In this document: positions 25,517 to 36,600 of the stretch, in pieces | Numbering within the stretch: position 1 is the first letter of the stretch | How the letters are laid out: each line of letters opens with the position of its first letter | NCBI RefSeq assembly: GCF_009834535.1 | Contig: NC_045696.1 | Location: 99,512,001 to 99,576,000, forward strand | DNA: 64,000 nt | Source: Camelus ferus | Lineage: Eukaryota | Reading direction: 5' to 3' | Translations under genes and position numbers: made by a program | Notes under the pieces: generated by a model | What the model was told of the DNA's origin: nothing | Database searches by the model: none | The model's input: the letters and a program-made list of their open reading frames with translations, nothing else

Positions 25517-25745
25517 TAGATAAACAAGCTTCTTACGTATAGCACAGGGAATTAAATTCAATATCCTGTATAGCACAGGGAACTATATTTAATATCTACC
25601 TATAATGAAAAAAGAATATGAAAACTAATATATGTCTGTATATGTATGACTGAAACATTATGCTGTACACCAGAAATTTACACAACATTGTAAACTGAAT
25701 TACAGTTTACTCAATTACTCAATTAAGAAAAGGAAAAAAAAAAAG
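25517..25745 (+). mobile_element. Young L1 3' end with 10-bp TSD and an internal 31-bp tandem duplication
   Basis: AGACTTCCTA at 25507-25516 and 25746-25755; A tail; GTATAGCACAGGGAA...AATATC occurs twice (25537-25597). Confidence 0.9.
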
Positions 25746-25889
25746 AGACTTCCTAGAATATTGCTATGTTAATTTGACTTTAAGGGAAGATTGTTGAGCT
25801 ACAAAATATAAGACAACATGACTAGATATAAGAGATACACAGATATAAATGGAGATAAAAATTGGAGGAAAAAAATAACAAAAACCTTT

Positions 25890-26068
25890 ACAGCAGTTTC
25901 CTAAGCAGGGGTTCACCTTATCAAAAGCTTCATGGATGATTCTAATCATGCAATGGAAGGCCCTCCTCCCGTTGCTCTTCTTCAGCAGATCGGGCATATG
26001 TTCCAGACAATTTTATGTAAAGCCTCACAGATGATTCTGATGAACATTGTTTGAGAATAACTGGGCTA
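25890..26068. mobile_element. MER5-like DNA transposon relic
   Basis: CAGCAGTTTCCTAA...CAGATGATTCTGATG...TTTGAGAATAACTG termini. Confidence 0.45.
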
Positions 26069-27099
26069 GAGATAACCCAACAACTTATGTTAACCCTTAT
26101 ATCCAGCACTATTACTAGATGTGTATGTCTAATGCCCCAAGTATGTTTTGTGGGATCTGCAAAAGTGTCCTATGATCACGTATATGCATCTTAGCACATT
26201 AAAGCCATACCAAAATTTTATAAAAACCACTTTAACAGTTTAATCCTGTGCTTTTTTCAAACTTGACTCTGAAACCCTTTAGTACTGTTATATACCAATT
26301 ATTATCCTATTAATTAATAACTAGTTTCCACAGAAATAAATGTGAATAGAAACTCATGTTAGGGGCTCTCAAATATAACTATGTTGACTTCAAAATTAAG
26401 ACATTTTCTATTTAACCATTTTTAACCTAGCATTTAACCTGATTATTAAAGTCTAGGGTCAAGGTAATTTGAAAGATGCTTATTCCGTGAGTATATACTT
26501 TTGCACTGGTCCCTAGAATGGAATTTTCAGTGTCAAAATGGCTAGAAAGACATTCAAGAAAAGCAAAATTACAGTTAGCTTTCTCAATTTTTAGCTAACT
26601 GAATCATTCAGGGTATGGAAAAAAAAATATTCCCCAAAGAGCATGCAGGTAGAATGTATGTGTTTCAGAACTTAGTGAGAAGCATAAGCTTTTTCAGTTG
26701 TTAATAGTTTTAATGTAAAACTACCATTTTTGTTGTACTGTAGTTCATGATTTACTTACTAGATTAGAAATATATGACTTTTTAAGAGCTATATATATTG
26801 CAAAAAATCAAAACTCATAGTTCTGAAGTGTCAGGAAAGTGACATGGAAATGGGTAAGAGACTGACTCACACTCCCCAGATAGCAAAGATCTCACTGCTT
26901 TCTACCAGCAATACTTTCTTGCTCTCTCATCTTTGATGCAGTTTAACGTAGTGTTTCAAAGCATCATTTTTTGAAGTTTCTGCCATGGTCAGAAGGTTTC
27001 ATGTGGGTGGCTTGTATGTGTACGTCTCTGGGTCTTCTTGGGCTGTGCTTGTTGGGTTTTTTTTTTGAGTGTGTGTGACTTCCAGTTTTATACAGATGT

Positions 27100-27245
27100 T
27101 TGAAGGTTGCAGTTTTCTGGGTGCCTGTGAATAAAGGCGATGTTCTATTTCCTGCTGTCCTACAAGTTCCATAAAAGAGGTATAACATCAAAGCCCTGTT
27201 GCCAGAGCATATAGTTCTTCCTTTCTGAGGAAATGAAACTTCTTG
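27100..27245. promoter_or_regulatory. Cluster of TF-like motifs in unique DNA
   Basis: CCATAAAA (posterior HOX/CDX-like) 27169-27176, AACATCAAAG (TCF/LEF) 27184-27193, GAGGAAATGAAACT (ETS-IRF composite) 27227-27240. Confidence 0.3.
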
Positions 27246-28610
27246 GTGTCTGCTCAGTTTTTATTGTTGTTTTTTGAATTCTGTATCTTTGCGACCCAGA
27301 TACTATTAATCAGGGCTTTACCTTATTTACAAAACCTCCAAAAAAGTCACAGACCTTCAAAAGCTCAGTAGTGTTGGCAGTATTAGAAAACAATGAAAGC
27401 CTGGCTACATGTGGCAAAAATACTCTTTCCTAACGCACTATTACGGCATTGTGGCAGTCTGTTTCTCAAATATTCATTTCCACTTTATTACTTTTTATTA
27501 ATACCTGGCTATTTATTAATGGGATAGACCGTTCATGTGGCAGCCTCCTTACTGCTGCTTTTTGCCAGTCCAGCCTACACTGTTTATTCTCATGCAATAT
27601 TCACCTTTAAATAATTATGCCTTGAAATAGCTTGATATTCTCTCTCAATATTTATATACCTGTACATATGCACACATATATTTGCACACGCACATACACA
27701 CACACTATTTAAAATCCTGTCTATAGCAAAGAATAACAGACTAAAATAACACAAAAAGCCCCACAGGCCATTTTCAGGTTTCTTAGAGCATTCTGAAGGT
27801 TTCTTTCAGCATCTTGTTGCTTTCAAATCTAATGTTCCTGAAATATTTTCCATAACTGAATGCCCCATACTATGGGAACTGTGAACTCTAATCTCTGATT
27901 TAGCATCCTCTTCTTACTTATACATTGTTGTTTACATTAAGCGTGATACCTCTTGCAATCGGTTTTAATGGGCAGGTATTAACTTTCACTAGTGGCCTGA
28001 ATTTGATGGCAATGCTAAAGAGCCTTGCACCAGAATGTTCCTAAATTAATCTACCAATTTGACCCAGTAACCGACATGCATACTAAAACACTGATGTGAA
28101 TTGAAAATAAAATAACTGCGCTTGACAGATATAATAGTTTAAGTGATTTCAAATTAACCACATCCCACTGACCGCAAGTGAAGAATGTGTGCTTTCCCCG
28201 GCAATGAAACGTGCTCTGGGGGCTCATTATACAGAGTGGAGCAAGTAAATCCAGAGTGGAGTAATTGATGCTGGGAAAGAGAGAGTGACAGCTACTTAAT
28301 GATTCTCAAACTTAGACATAAAGATAGCACGAGCACTTCATAGTTATTTTTCTCTTTTCAATTTTGAACCATTATAAGCTTAAAATCGGCTTGTGTAGTG
28401 ACTTTAAAACCTGACCTAGCTTTCCAGAAAAATTAATCATGGCAAAGATGCCTCCACTGCTGCAGCAAAACAGTACATAGCAGACGACTTTGACGCTGGA
28501 AAAAATCTAGATGTTTTCACAACCTTAGGTCTCTTCTATTCCTCTAAGAACTCATGGAATAATTATCTGAATCATTAAATATCCTTAGCCTTTATATTGA
28601 GTATAAATAT

Positions 28611-28750
28611 TTTTTTTTGGTGTAGGGAAGTAATTAAGTTTACTTATTTATTTGTTTTTGTTTATTTATTTAAATGGAGGCACTGGGGATTGGACCCAGG
28701 ACCTTGTGCATGCTAATCATGTGCTCTACCACTGAGCTAAACCCTCCCCC
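28611..28750 (-). mobile_element. tRNA-Ala-derived SINE (Vic-1-like), long-tail form
   Basis: The reverse complement is GGGGGAGGGTTTAGCTCAGTGGTAGAGCACATGATTAGCATGCACAAGGTCCTGGGTCCAATCCCCAGTGCCTCC plus an A-rich tail; flanks GAGTATAAATAT and GAATATAAAAAT match 10/12. Confidence 0.9.
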
Positions 28751-29384
28751 GAGAATATAAAAATCTTACTTCATGCATGTGTTGTTATATACATTTTACT
28801 TCTCTTTTTAGGGCATTAAGCATGTGGTTGTTAAAATGTTTTTTTGAAAAATGGAAATGCTAAAATATTTAAAATTTAAACCAAAATAAGATAGCTTTTT
28901 CTTTGAAAAATTTGGCTAACATCAAGTTCATGCTGAGGAACAGGTGAGTAGCTGAATAAATGAAGCCTTTGGCCTTCCATTTCCTATAATGTAAATATAG
29001 TTGGCAGCAGAATTTCTATTTAGGGAATGAAGTTAGCAAAGCTATGTGGTTTAGTCATATCAAGTGATTTCTCTGGGGTAATGATTTACCACTCATTTCT
29101 AAAATATAGTTTTTTAAATTGACTATGAAGAAATGGTTGAACAAAATTTACCCTTAATGAACATGGAATGTCAAAGACTCTAATATGTAATTTTTATTTA
29201 ATTCTCCCTGAGAATTGACTTTTGGGCATTTTCAGTTCATGGCCAAATTTATCTGCTCTCATCAGGCCTCTAGAACAGCAAACGACTGAATTTTCCTTCT
29301 TTCTTTCATTTAATAGGTAGTACTTGGTTCTTTTGCTATGCTAGTTTCTCTACTAGGTATTTGATAGATAAAAAGGTGTACAAA

Positions 29385-29475
29385 AATTTATATTTATATA
29401 AATATACATTTATATTAAATACAAACATATAAATAGATATGTATAAATGTATGATATAAGTATATATTTATATTT
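29385..29475. repeat. AT-rich low-complexity tract
   Basis: Direct reading of TATATTTATATAAATATACATTTATATTAAATAC... Confidence 0.6.
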
Positions 29476-29499
29476 CTTTTAACTTTAAAGAGAAAAATC

Positions 29500-29845
29500 C
29501 TATTGGTGCAGCAGTGAAAAGTGGTCTGATACATAAATGCTCCCACAGGTGCTGGGAACCCGGAGGATGACATGTCAGTGAAATTTTGGAAAAATTGATT
29601 TGTGGAAGAGTTGAAGGCTCAGAGGAGTAATCTAGGACAAGAGAGTAGGTGGGGAACATTCTAGAGAGGAGGATTGGAACATGCAAAGGCATAGGGGCAG
29701 CAGAGCGTATAATCCACTTAGAAAACTGTAAGGGCTTGGGTAACATACCATAGTGGTTGTGTGCGGATGATGAGGCCAGAAAGAGAGGCAAGGAGAAGAA
29801 TATAAAGGTGCTTTAAAAAATGTTTTGCTAAGGAAATTTTAATGC
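29500..29845 (-). mobile_element. L2 fragment
   Basis: GGGAACATTCTAG...CATGCAAAGGCATAG...TGCTAAGGAAATTT. Confidence 0.6.
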
Positions 29846-29849
29846 ATAT

Positions 29850-31500
29850 GTTCATTCATTAAATCATTCATATTTGAACATATATTTATATGCCATGCAC
29901 TGTGCCTGGCCCTGGGGATACAATGTCAAACAGGTATGATACCGGTGCCATACTGTTTATTATTTATAGGAGAGGCAGGTAATTTAGGTGCCTTTACAAG
30001 GAAATTGCAGGGTAGAATAGGAATTTATGGGATGGACCCCCCCAGATCACTCAGCGGATTATAGAAAATTAACATACAAGGAGACATCTGAAATCTACAT
30101 GAGGATTAGTCCAGTGAATGGGGATGAATAGTGAAGAGTGTTCTAGAGAGAGGAAACAGTTCATTAGAAGGCTTGCAGGCAAGCAGGCATGGTGATGCTC
30201 AGGGAACATGGTGCAAGTTCTGTATGGCTGAGGCTTAGAAGATGAGCTTAGGAGACCAATGTGAGAAATAAACTTGGAACAATACGCAGGGATTAGGCCA
30301 TGGAAGCTTTGTTAGCTTGATATGGAGTTTGGACTTTTCCTTAGCACAGGGAGGAGCCGTAGAAAGCTTCTAAGCTGGGGAATGGAAGAGGTGAGTCTGC
30401 ATTTATGAAAGCTCTTTGAGGCAGCATTGTGTATTGCAAGGGCCAAATGAGGCAAAAAGAGCAATTGGTACTTAATACAAATATTATCTAGTTAAGAGAT
30501 GACAATAACTTTGATTAAAGGAAATGAAGAAAAATGAATAGGTTTGTAATACATAATGGATGAAGAATTGACTGATTTTAGTCACTTACTGTATATTGAG
30601 AAGGATAAAAATAAGTCATGGTTTATATTCAGGATTCTGATTTAGGTAACTGGGAAATGATTGTGACATTCATTTAGATGGGTGACATATGAGAAGTTGC
30701 AGCCATGGATGAATGGGAGTTTAGGTTTTGATTTGGTGAGCTGGAGGTGCCTGAAAACTTGTAAGTGTAAATGTCCAGGAGGCATTTGGACATATGAGTC
30801 TTAAACTTTGGAGAGATATAAAACAAGGAGAGTTGAAAGCATGATGGCGATGACAATTCAAGCTGAGAGAGAATAACATCGTTCATGGAACTGGATTCAG
30901 ATCAGAGCTGAAGGAATACCAATATTTAATTAGAGAAAGCAGAGGGGCCTGAGAAGGAAACACGATTACAGCCAGAGGTCGGATGAGGATCAAGAGGACA
31001 GTCTCACCGGCTGAGAGGAAGAGGGTTTTTCAACAGCATCAAATACTACAGAAAAGATTGAGAAAGGAACACTGGAATTAGCAATGATGATCTTGGACAA
31101 AATAATTTCTATTCTACAATGAATGTGGACCAGTAGTGGGGAGAGTGTTCTAGAAAGAGGGAATAGTGAATGAGAAGGCTTGGAGGCAAGCAGACCTAGT
31201 AAAGAAATGAAGCAAGTTCTGTATGAGTGATGCTTACAGGATGAGTGGAGGAGACTAATGTGAAATTAAACCTGGAACAATAACTGGAGAGCAGAAGTTA
31301 ATGAGTGTGTGTGGAATGATTGAAGACTACAAAGAAAACTCTTTCAAAAGCTGTGCTACAGAAAGAAAAGGGAAAGAACAGGTGTTCCATATGGATCAAT
31401 AACATTTTATGTTTTTTTTAGATGACAGATACCTAAACATGTTAAATATTTATGGGAAGGAGTCAGTAGAGATGCAAAGGTTGAAGATAAAGGGTTGACC
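29850..31500 (-). mobile_element. L2 (L2b/c-like), ~1.6 kb
   Basis: TTCATTCATTAAATCATTCATATTTGAACA...TATGCCATGCACTGTGC...GGGGATACA terminus, then antisense L2 body (GGAGTTTGGACTTTTCC; AATGTCCAGGAGGCATTTGGA). Confidence 0.85.
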
Positions 31501-32594
31501 TGTATGGGTGTGGTTGCCGTTGGAGAAGAGAGATGAAGCTCAGTGAAATGAAAGACATGTGTCTCCTATGAAAGTAGAAATGAGAGGCTCACAGCAAGAA
31601 ACGTGAGTGCGGTCCCTCCCATTTGGAAGATTCAAGCAGAGGTACTCTTGGTTTAATTGGGTGGAAGCCTGGCTAGAAGATGGGTACATTTCAGAATAGA
31701 ATTATTATTCTATACATAATGTAAAAGTCATATTCAGAAGTAGAAACTTAACTTTTTCTGTCAGCCTCATGAAGACTGATCCAGATGGTCCTCAGGGCAA
31801 AAAAAAAAAATCTCATTTATTGCATGAAATAATGAGTCACCAGGTACTTGAAGAAGTAACATGGCCACAGCAGTGGTATGAACAGAGATATTAATTTTCC
31901 TGAGCCTGTGAGGAATAGAAGTCACTCTCTCCCTTGTTAAGTGGAAGAAGCTGGAATAGGTAACAAGTCCATTTGCAACCACTTGAAACTGATGATAAGT
32001 TTCTGATACCCAGGGAAGGATGGAGACTTTTATTCCAATTTCCTTTGAGGAGATATGTTGTCCTGATTGGGGAGGACTTATAGGAACCCTGAAATAAGTA
32101 AAGAATCTGGTTTGAGGGAGAGCTGAGGAAGCATTCACATAGGATTACTTTCTAAAGGCTTAACCCCCATGGCAATGTGGACTTTAAACTAGTGGATCAG
32201 ATAAACAAAGGCACAATTCTCAAACAAAGGCACCAACTCTATTCTTTGGGGACTGATTCACTTAATTCCAGCATTTATTTGTTCTGTAGAAGATGGCTGA
32301 GGCAGCATTTTGTACAACTGGTTTCCCCACTTCCCCACCTTAACCATGATTATCTGGAGTTTACTTGTTCCACATTGTGGAAGACCAGGAGGAGAGAAAT
32401 ACCAACCAATGAATTGTTGCCTAGCCCAGATACCTTAAAGATGAAGTATTTAATTTTTTTCCCTGTTGGAAAATTCTTCTTAGGGAACAGAATACAAGGA
32501 TATGGCTACACGTGTGACAACATCATGGTAGTAACAATTTGCCTGGGTGCGTTATTTTTATTTAGCCATAGACGCTTGGCTTAGGTATGGGTAA

Positions 32595-32815
32595 CTAACA
32601 CTTTAGAACCTTCATCATATATTAATTTATTTAACTTCCGCTAGAACTTTCGAGTCGAGAACTATTACAATTCCCATTTTTTAGACATGAAGAAACTGAG
32701 GAACAGAAAGACTGGTATTTTGTCCAAGTATTACAACTCAGAAGTGGCCATACTAGAATTTGAGCCAGGGAATGCTGTTTCCAAAGTTTATGTGCTTAAC
32801 CAATATAGACAAATT
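32595..32815 (-). mobile_element. MIR SINE
   Basis: Core CCCATTTTTTAGACATGAAGAAACTGAGG...TGTCCAAG...AGAATTTGAGCCAGG. Confidence 0.8.
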
Positions 32816-32879
32816 ACTCTCAGCCATTTGTTTCCTAATGAGATTAGATTGAAGATAACTGTAAGAACACTATAGGAAA

Positions 32880-33625
32880 ATGTTTGATTCTGGACATGAG
32901 GAAGTGGCAGGTGTTAGACTTCCCTTCCTGACTAAAACAATTACAAAGCTAGATAATACATATATTCTGGCATACACACACACACACACACGCAAATTAT
33001 TTTTAGGCAGGAGGAAGGCGCCAGAGAGCAGAGGTCCTGGAGAAAAGGGAAGTACATGAAGCAAACTCCGTATTTGTGCTGCCTTTCTGCCTGGGGGCTT
33101 TCTCCGCATCACAGCACAGGAAAGTAGACCCAAACATGTATCTTCAGTTTCACTTGGTAGAAGATACACAGATTGGATCTAGGTCTGCAGAGGTTTCAGG
33201 CATTTGAGGGTTAGGTGTGCAGACTGCAGACTCAGGGAAGCTGTGCAGGGAAGGAGCCTGCAGCCTCTACGAAAGTCCCCCTGAGAGTCCCCTTCTACAA
33301 AGTGAAGCCTGGTAGAGAATAGCCACTGGTGGGCTTTGAGCTGAACAGAGATTCCACAGGTCATCCCGTGCTGGGCTGTGCTGATGTTCTGACATGCTAG
33401 AGGGGGAGAGACCTTGCTGAACATCCTCAGTGTACAACCAATTTCCCAGAAAGGCCATGCATTAAAATAAGGGCTACTCCAGTCCAAGTGTAACAACTAT
33501 TCTAGGTCTTCCCGCCTTTGAACAAAACTTAAAACAAATTTGGGCAAAGTAAATCTGGTATGGCAGTAAACCAGCTCTCTGACAGGACAGCTCTTAAAAA
33601 ACAAACAAAAAACCAAAACAAACTC
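32880..33625 (+). mobile_element. Ancient L1 5'UTR fragment (L1M4/L1MD-like)
   Basis: TTCTGGACATGAGGAAGTGGCAGG...GACTAAAACAATTACAAAGCTAGATAA start and CAAAACTTAAAACAAA; resembles old L1 5' ends and ends in an A-rich tract. Confidence 0.55.
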
Positions 33626-33626
33626 A

Positions 33627-36600
33627 TGGAGGAGAGGCAATCCCAAGTGGTGACACAGGAAGATCCTGAGTTCACCTTCTCCCATGGACACAGAATCTAC
33701 AGCTACATAGGGAACAGGTTCCTCTGAAAAAGACCTGAAAACCAGCTGAGCAGCTCCCCCAGTGGGCAAACAAGAAAAGGGTCAAACAGAGGCAACAGAG
33801 GAGGCTGAGGTGTGGTCTTCCCATGAACCCCATCCCTGCCCTGGCGACCCACGTTCAGGAGGGAACTCGCAAACCTATAGCTTCTCCCTGAGGAGCAAAG
33901 GGTTCATACCCCAGGTCAGGTGCCCCAACATTTAAGAACTGCACTGGAAAAACAAGCCCTCCCAAACATTAAGCTTTGAAAACTAACAGGGCTTGTGTCC
34001 CTAAGACCCAAACTGAGAAACTGCTCTTAAAAGGCTCATGCATACATTCACCCCAGGGCCCAGTGCAGAAGCAGCCATTCAAAAAAAAAAAAAAAAAAAA
34101 AAAGCCCAGACTTTATGACAATGAGATTCACTTGCTAATCTTAAAAGTGTTGGCTTGAGGGGCAGGGGCCTGTTAGGATACTTTCCGGGGACAGAGGAGC
34201 CAGTGGGTGCCATTTTTGCACCCTCTCTCTACCTTGCTCAGGCTGGAGAGTGCCTTTTTCTTTTTCTCGAGCAAGTGTCATCTTCATGCTCTCCCTCTGC
34301 CATGCTCCACAGTGCCAGTGTCTCCTAGACGGGAGGTTTTACACGTGCCTGGTACCCTGGTTTTTGTGGCTGCTGCCCAGGAGATGTCTCTTGATCATCT
34401 GGACCTGGAGGGCAGGGGCACTTGTGTTCCTGGGTCCTATGGGACTGTAATCATAGGAGAGGCGGTGCTCGGCAGATTACCACCCCCAGGGCACTGCGCA
34501 GATAGTCAACTAAAACATACCCCCAGTCTTTCTGAGAAAGAGGCCTATTTCTGTGTTTAGGAGCTTCGGCCTGAGGGGCAGGCTTCTGGTCTGGCATACT
34601 TGCTCTCAGTGAATCTTTGCACTTCCCCTCTGCCTTGCTCCGGCTCACCGATGTCGCCCAGAAAGGAGATTATACCCTGTCTGATGCCCCAACTCTCGCA
34701 GCTGCTGCCAGGGGACACCTCCACATTGTCTGGCCCTAGTGACTGGTGGGGCTTATACTCACAGGTTTCACAAGACTATAATGCACAGAGAAGGGGCTCT
34801 TAAACAGCTAAGACCCTGAGGCACAGCAAGAGACAACAGGCCTAGTTCAGTCTTCCTACGCAAAAGCCTGTGAGCTTATTGCTCCAGCTGCGGCCTCGGC
34901 GCTGGGGAGGCTTCCAAGGAAACACGTATCTCCACGCTGATGGTAAACCTTTCCGGGGACCTCTGGAGGTGAGCGCTGTCTTTGCACTTCCCCTCTGCTG
35001 TGCTCTAGAGTGCCGCTATCTGTCAGAGGGGAGCTCTCACACATGGCTAGTGCCCTAGTGTTAGGGCTGTCACTCAAGGAATTCCCTTTGAATGCCTGGC
35101 TTTCGTGGCATTTTGAGTCCCACAGGACTGTTACAATCAGAGAGACAGTCATTGGCAGACTACCACTCCCGGGATACTGCACAGAGAGCAGACTGAAATT
35201 ATACCCTGTCTTTCAGTGAGAGGGCTTATTTGCCGATCATGGATCTGTTGTCTGAGGGGCAAGCTTCCAGCCTGGCACACCTCTAGAGGCCTACAAGGGT
35301 GCTCTCAGGAAACAGACTGAGGAACACCATCTTTATGTCTTCCCTCTACCATCTGCCAGACTGGAGTGTATCCACTAGTCTGTGGACATGATTTTTGCAA
35401 CTGTTAACTGAGGACACACACAGATCACCTGGTCTGGTGGCCAGCAGGGCTTATGCTTGCAGTCCCACAGGACTGCTTCCTGAGGGTTTGGCTTCCAATA
35501 AGGCTGAATCTAGGAGCTGACTGAGCTCCCCCTTTTTGGCACACCCTCAACAACCAGGAGGTGTTACAAATAAAACGGGCCGCTTGGATAATCACAGACG
35601 TTTGAGAGACAACCAAGAACTAGACCAGGGTTAAAGACAAGCTTCATCTCCTATACAAGATGGCAGTTTCATCTAATACACAGAAACAAAGACAGAGAGT
35701 AGAGCAAAATGAGGAAACAAAGGAATATGTTTCAAATAAAAGAACAAGGGCATTACATAACACTTACGGGATCAAGCCAACAAAAAGATATAACATTTGT
35801 AAATATTTATGCACTCAATATAGGAGCACTTAAATACATATAAAGCAAATGTTAATAGACCAAAACGGAAAAATAGACAGCAACAAAATAATAAATAATA
35901 ATAGGGGACTTTAATACCCCACTGAACATCATTGGACAGATCATCCAGACAGAAAATCAACAAGGACATATTGTCCTTACTTGACATATTAGACTGGATA
36001 AACTTAACACACACATATATATATATATAATATTCCATTCAAAAGCACCATAATAAACATTCTTCTCAAGTGCACTTGAAACATTCTCCAGGATAGCTCA
36101 CAGGTTAGGCCACAAAACAAGTCTTAGTAAATTTAAGAATAGTTAAATGATATCAAACTCTTTTCCAACAATGGAATGAAACTAGAAAGTAATTATAAGG
36201 AGAAAACTAAAAAATCCACAAATATGTGGAGATTAAACAACATACTACCAAACAACCAATGGGTCAATGAAGCAATCAAAAGACACATTAAAAAAATACC
36301 TTGAGACAAAATGGAAATACAACATACCAAAATTTATGGGAGGCAGCAAAAAGTTCTGAGAGGGAAGTTAATAGTAATACAGACCTACTTTAAGAAACAA
36401 GAAAATCTTAAATAATTTAACTTTACACCTAAAAAAACTAGAAAAAGAAAAACAAATGAATCCCAAAGTTAGTAGAAGAAAGAAAACAAAGATCAGAAAG
36501 AAGACAAATGAAACAGAGACTAAAAAGACAAGAGAATGGATTAATAGAACAAGAGCTTATTCTTTGAAAAGACTAAAAAAAAAAAATGGACAAACCTTTA

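Noticed and set aside
28675..28750. tRNA-Ala gene (also 9711-9790)
   Set aside because: A-rich tail, TSD-like flanks, G-rich leader and mutated B box or anticodon arm indicate SINE copies.
31767..32584. ORFs of 123 and 135 aa
   Set aside because: Non-ATG starts, one spans a homopolymer run, and no protein similarity I can recognise.
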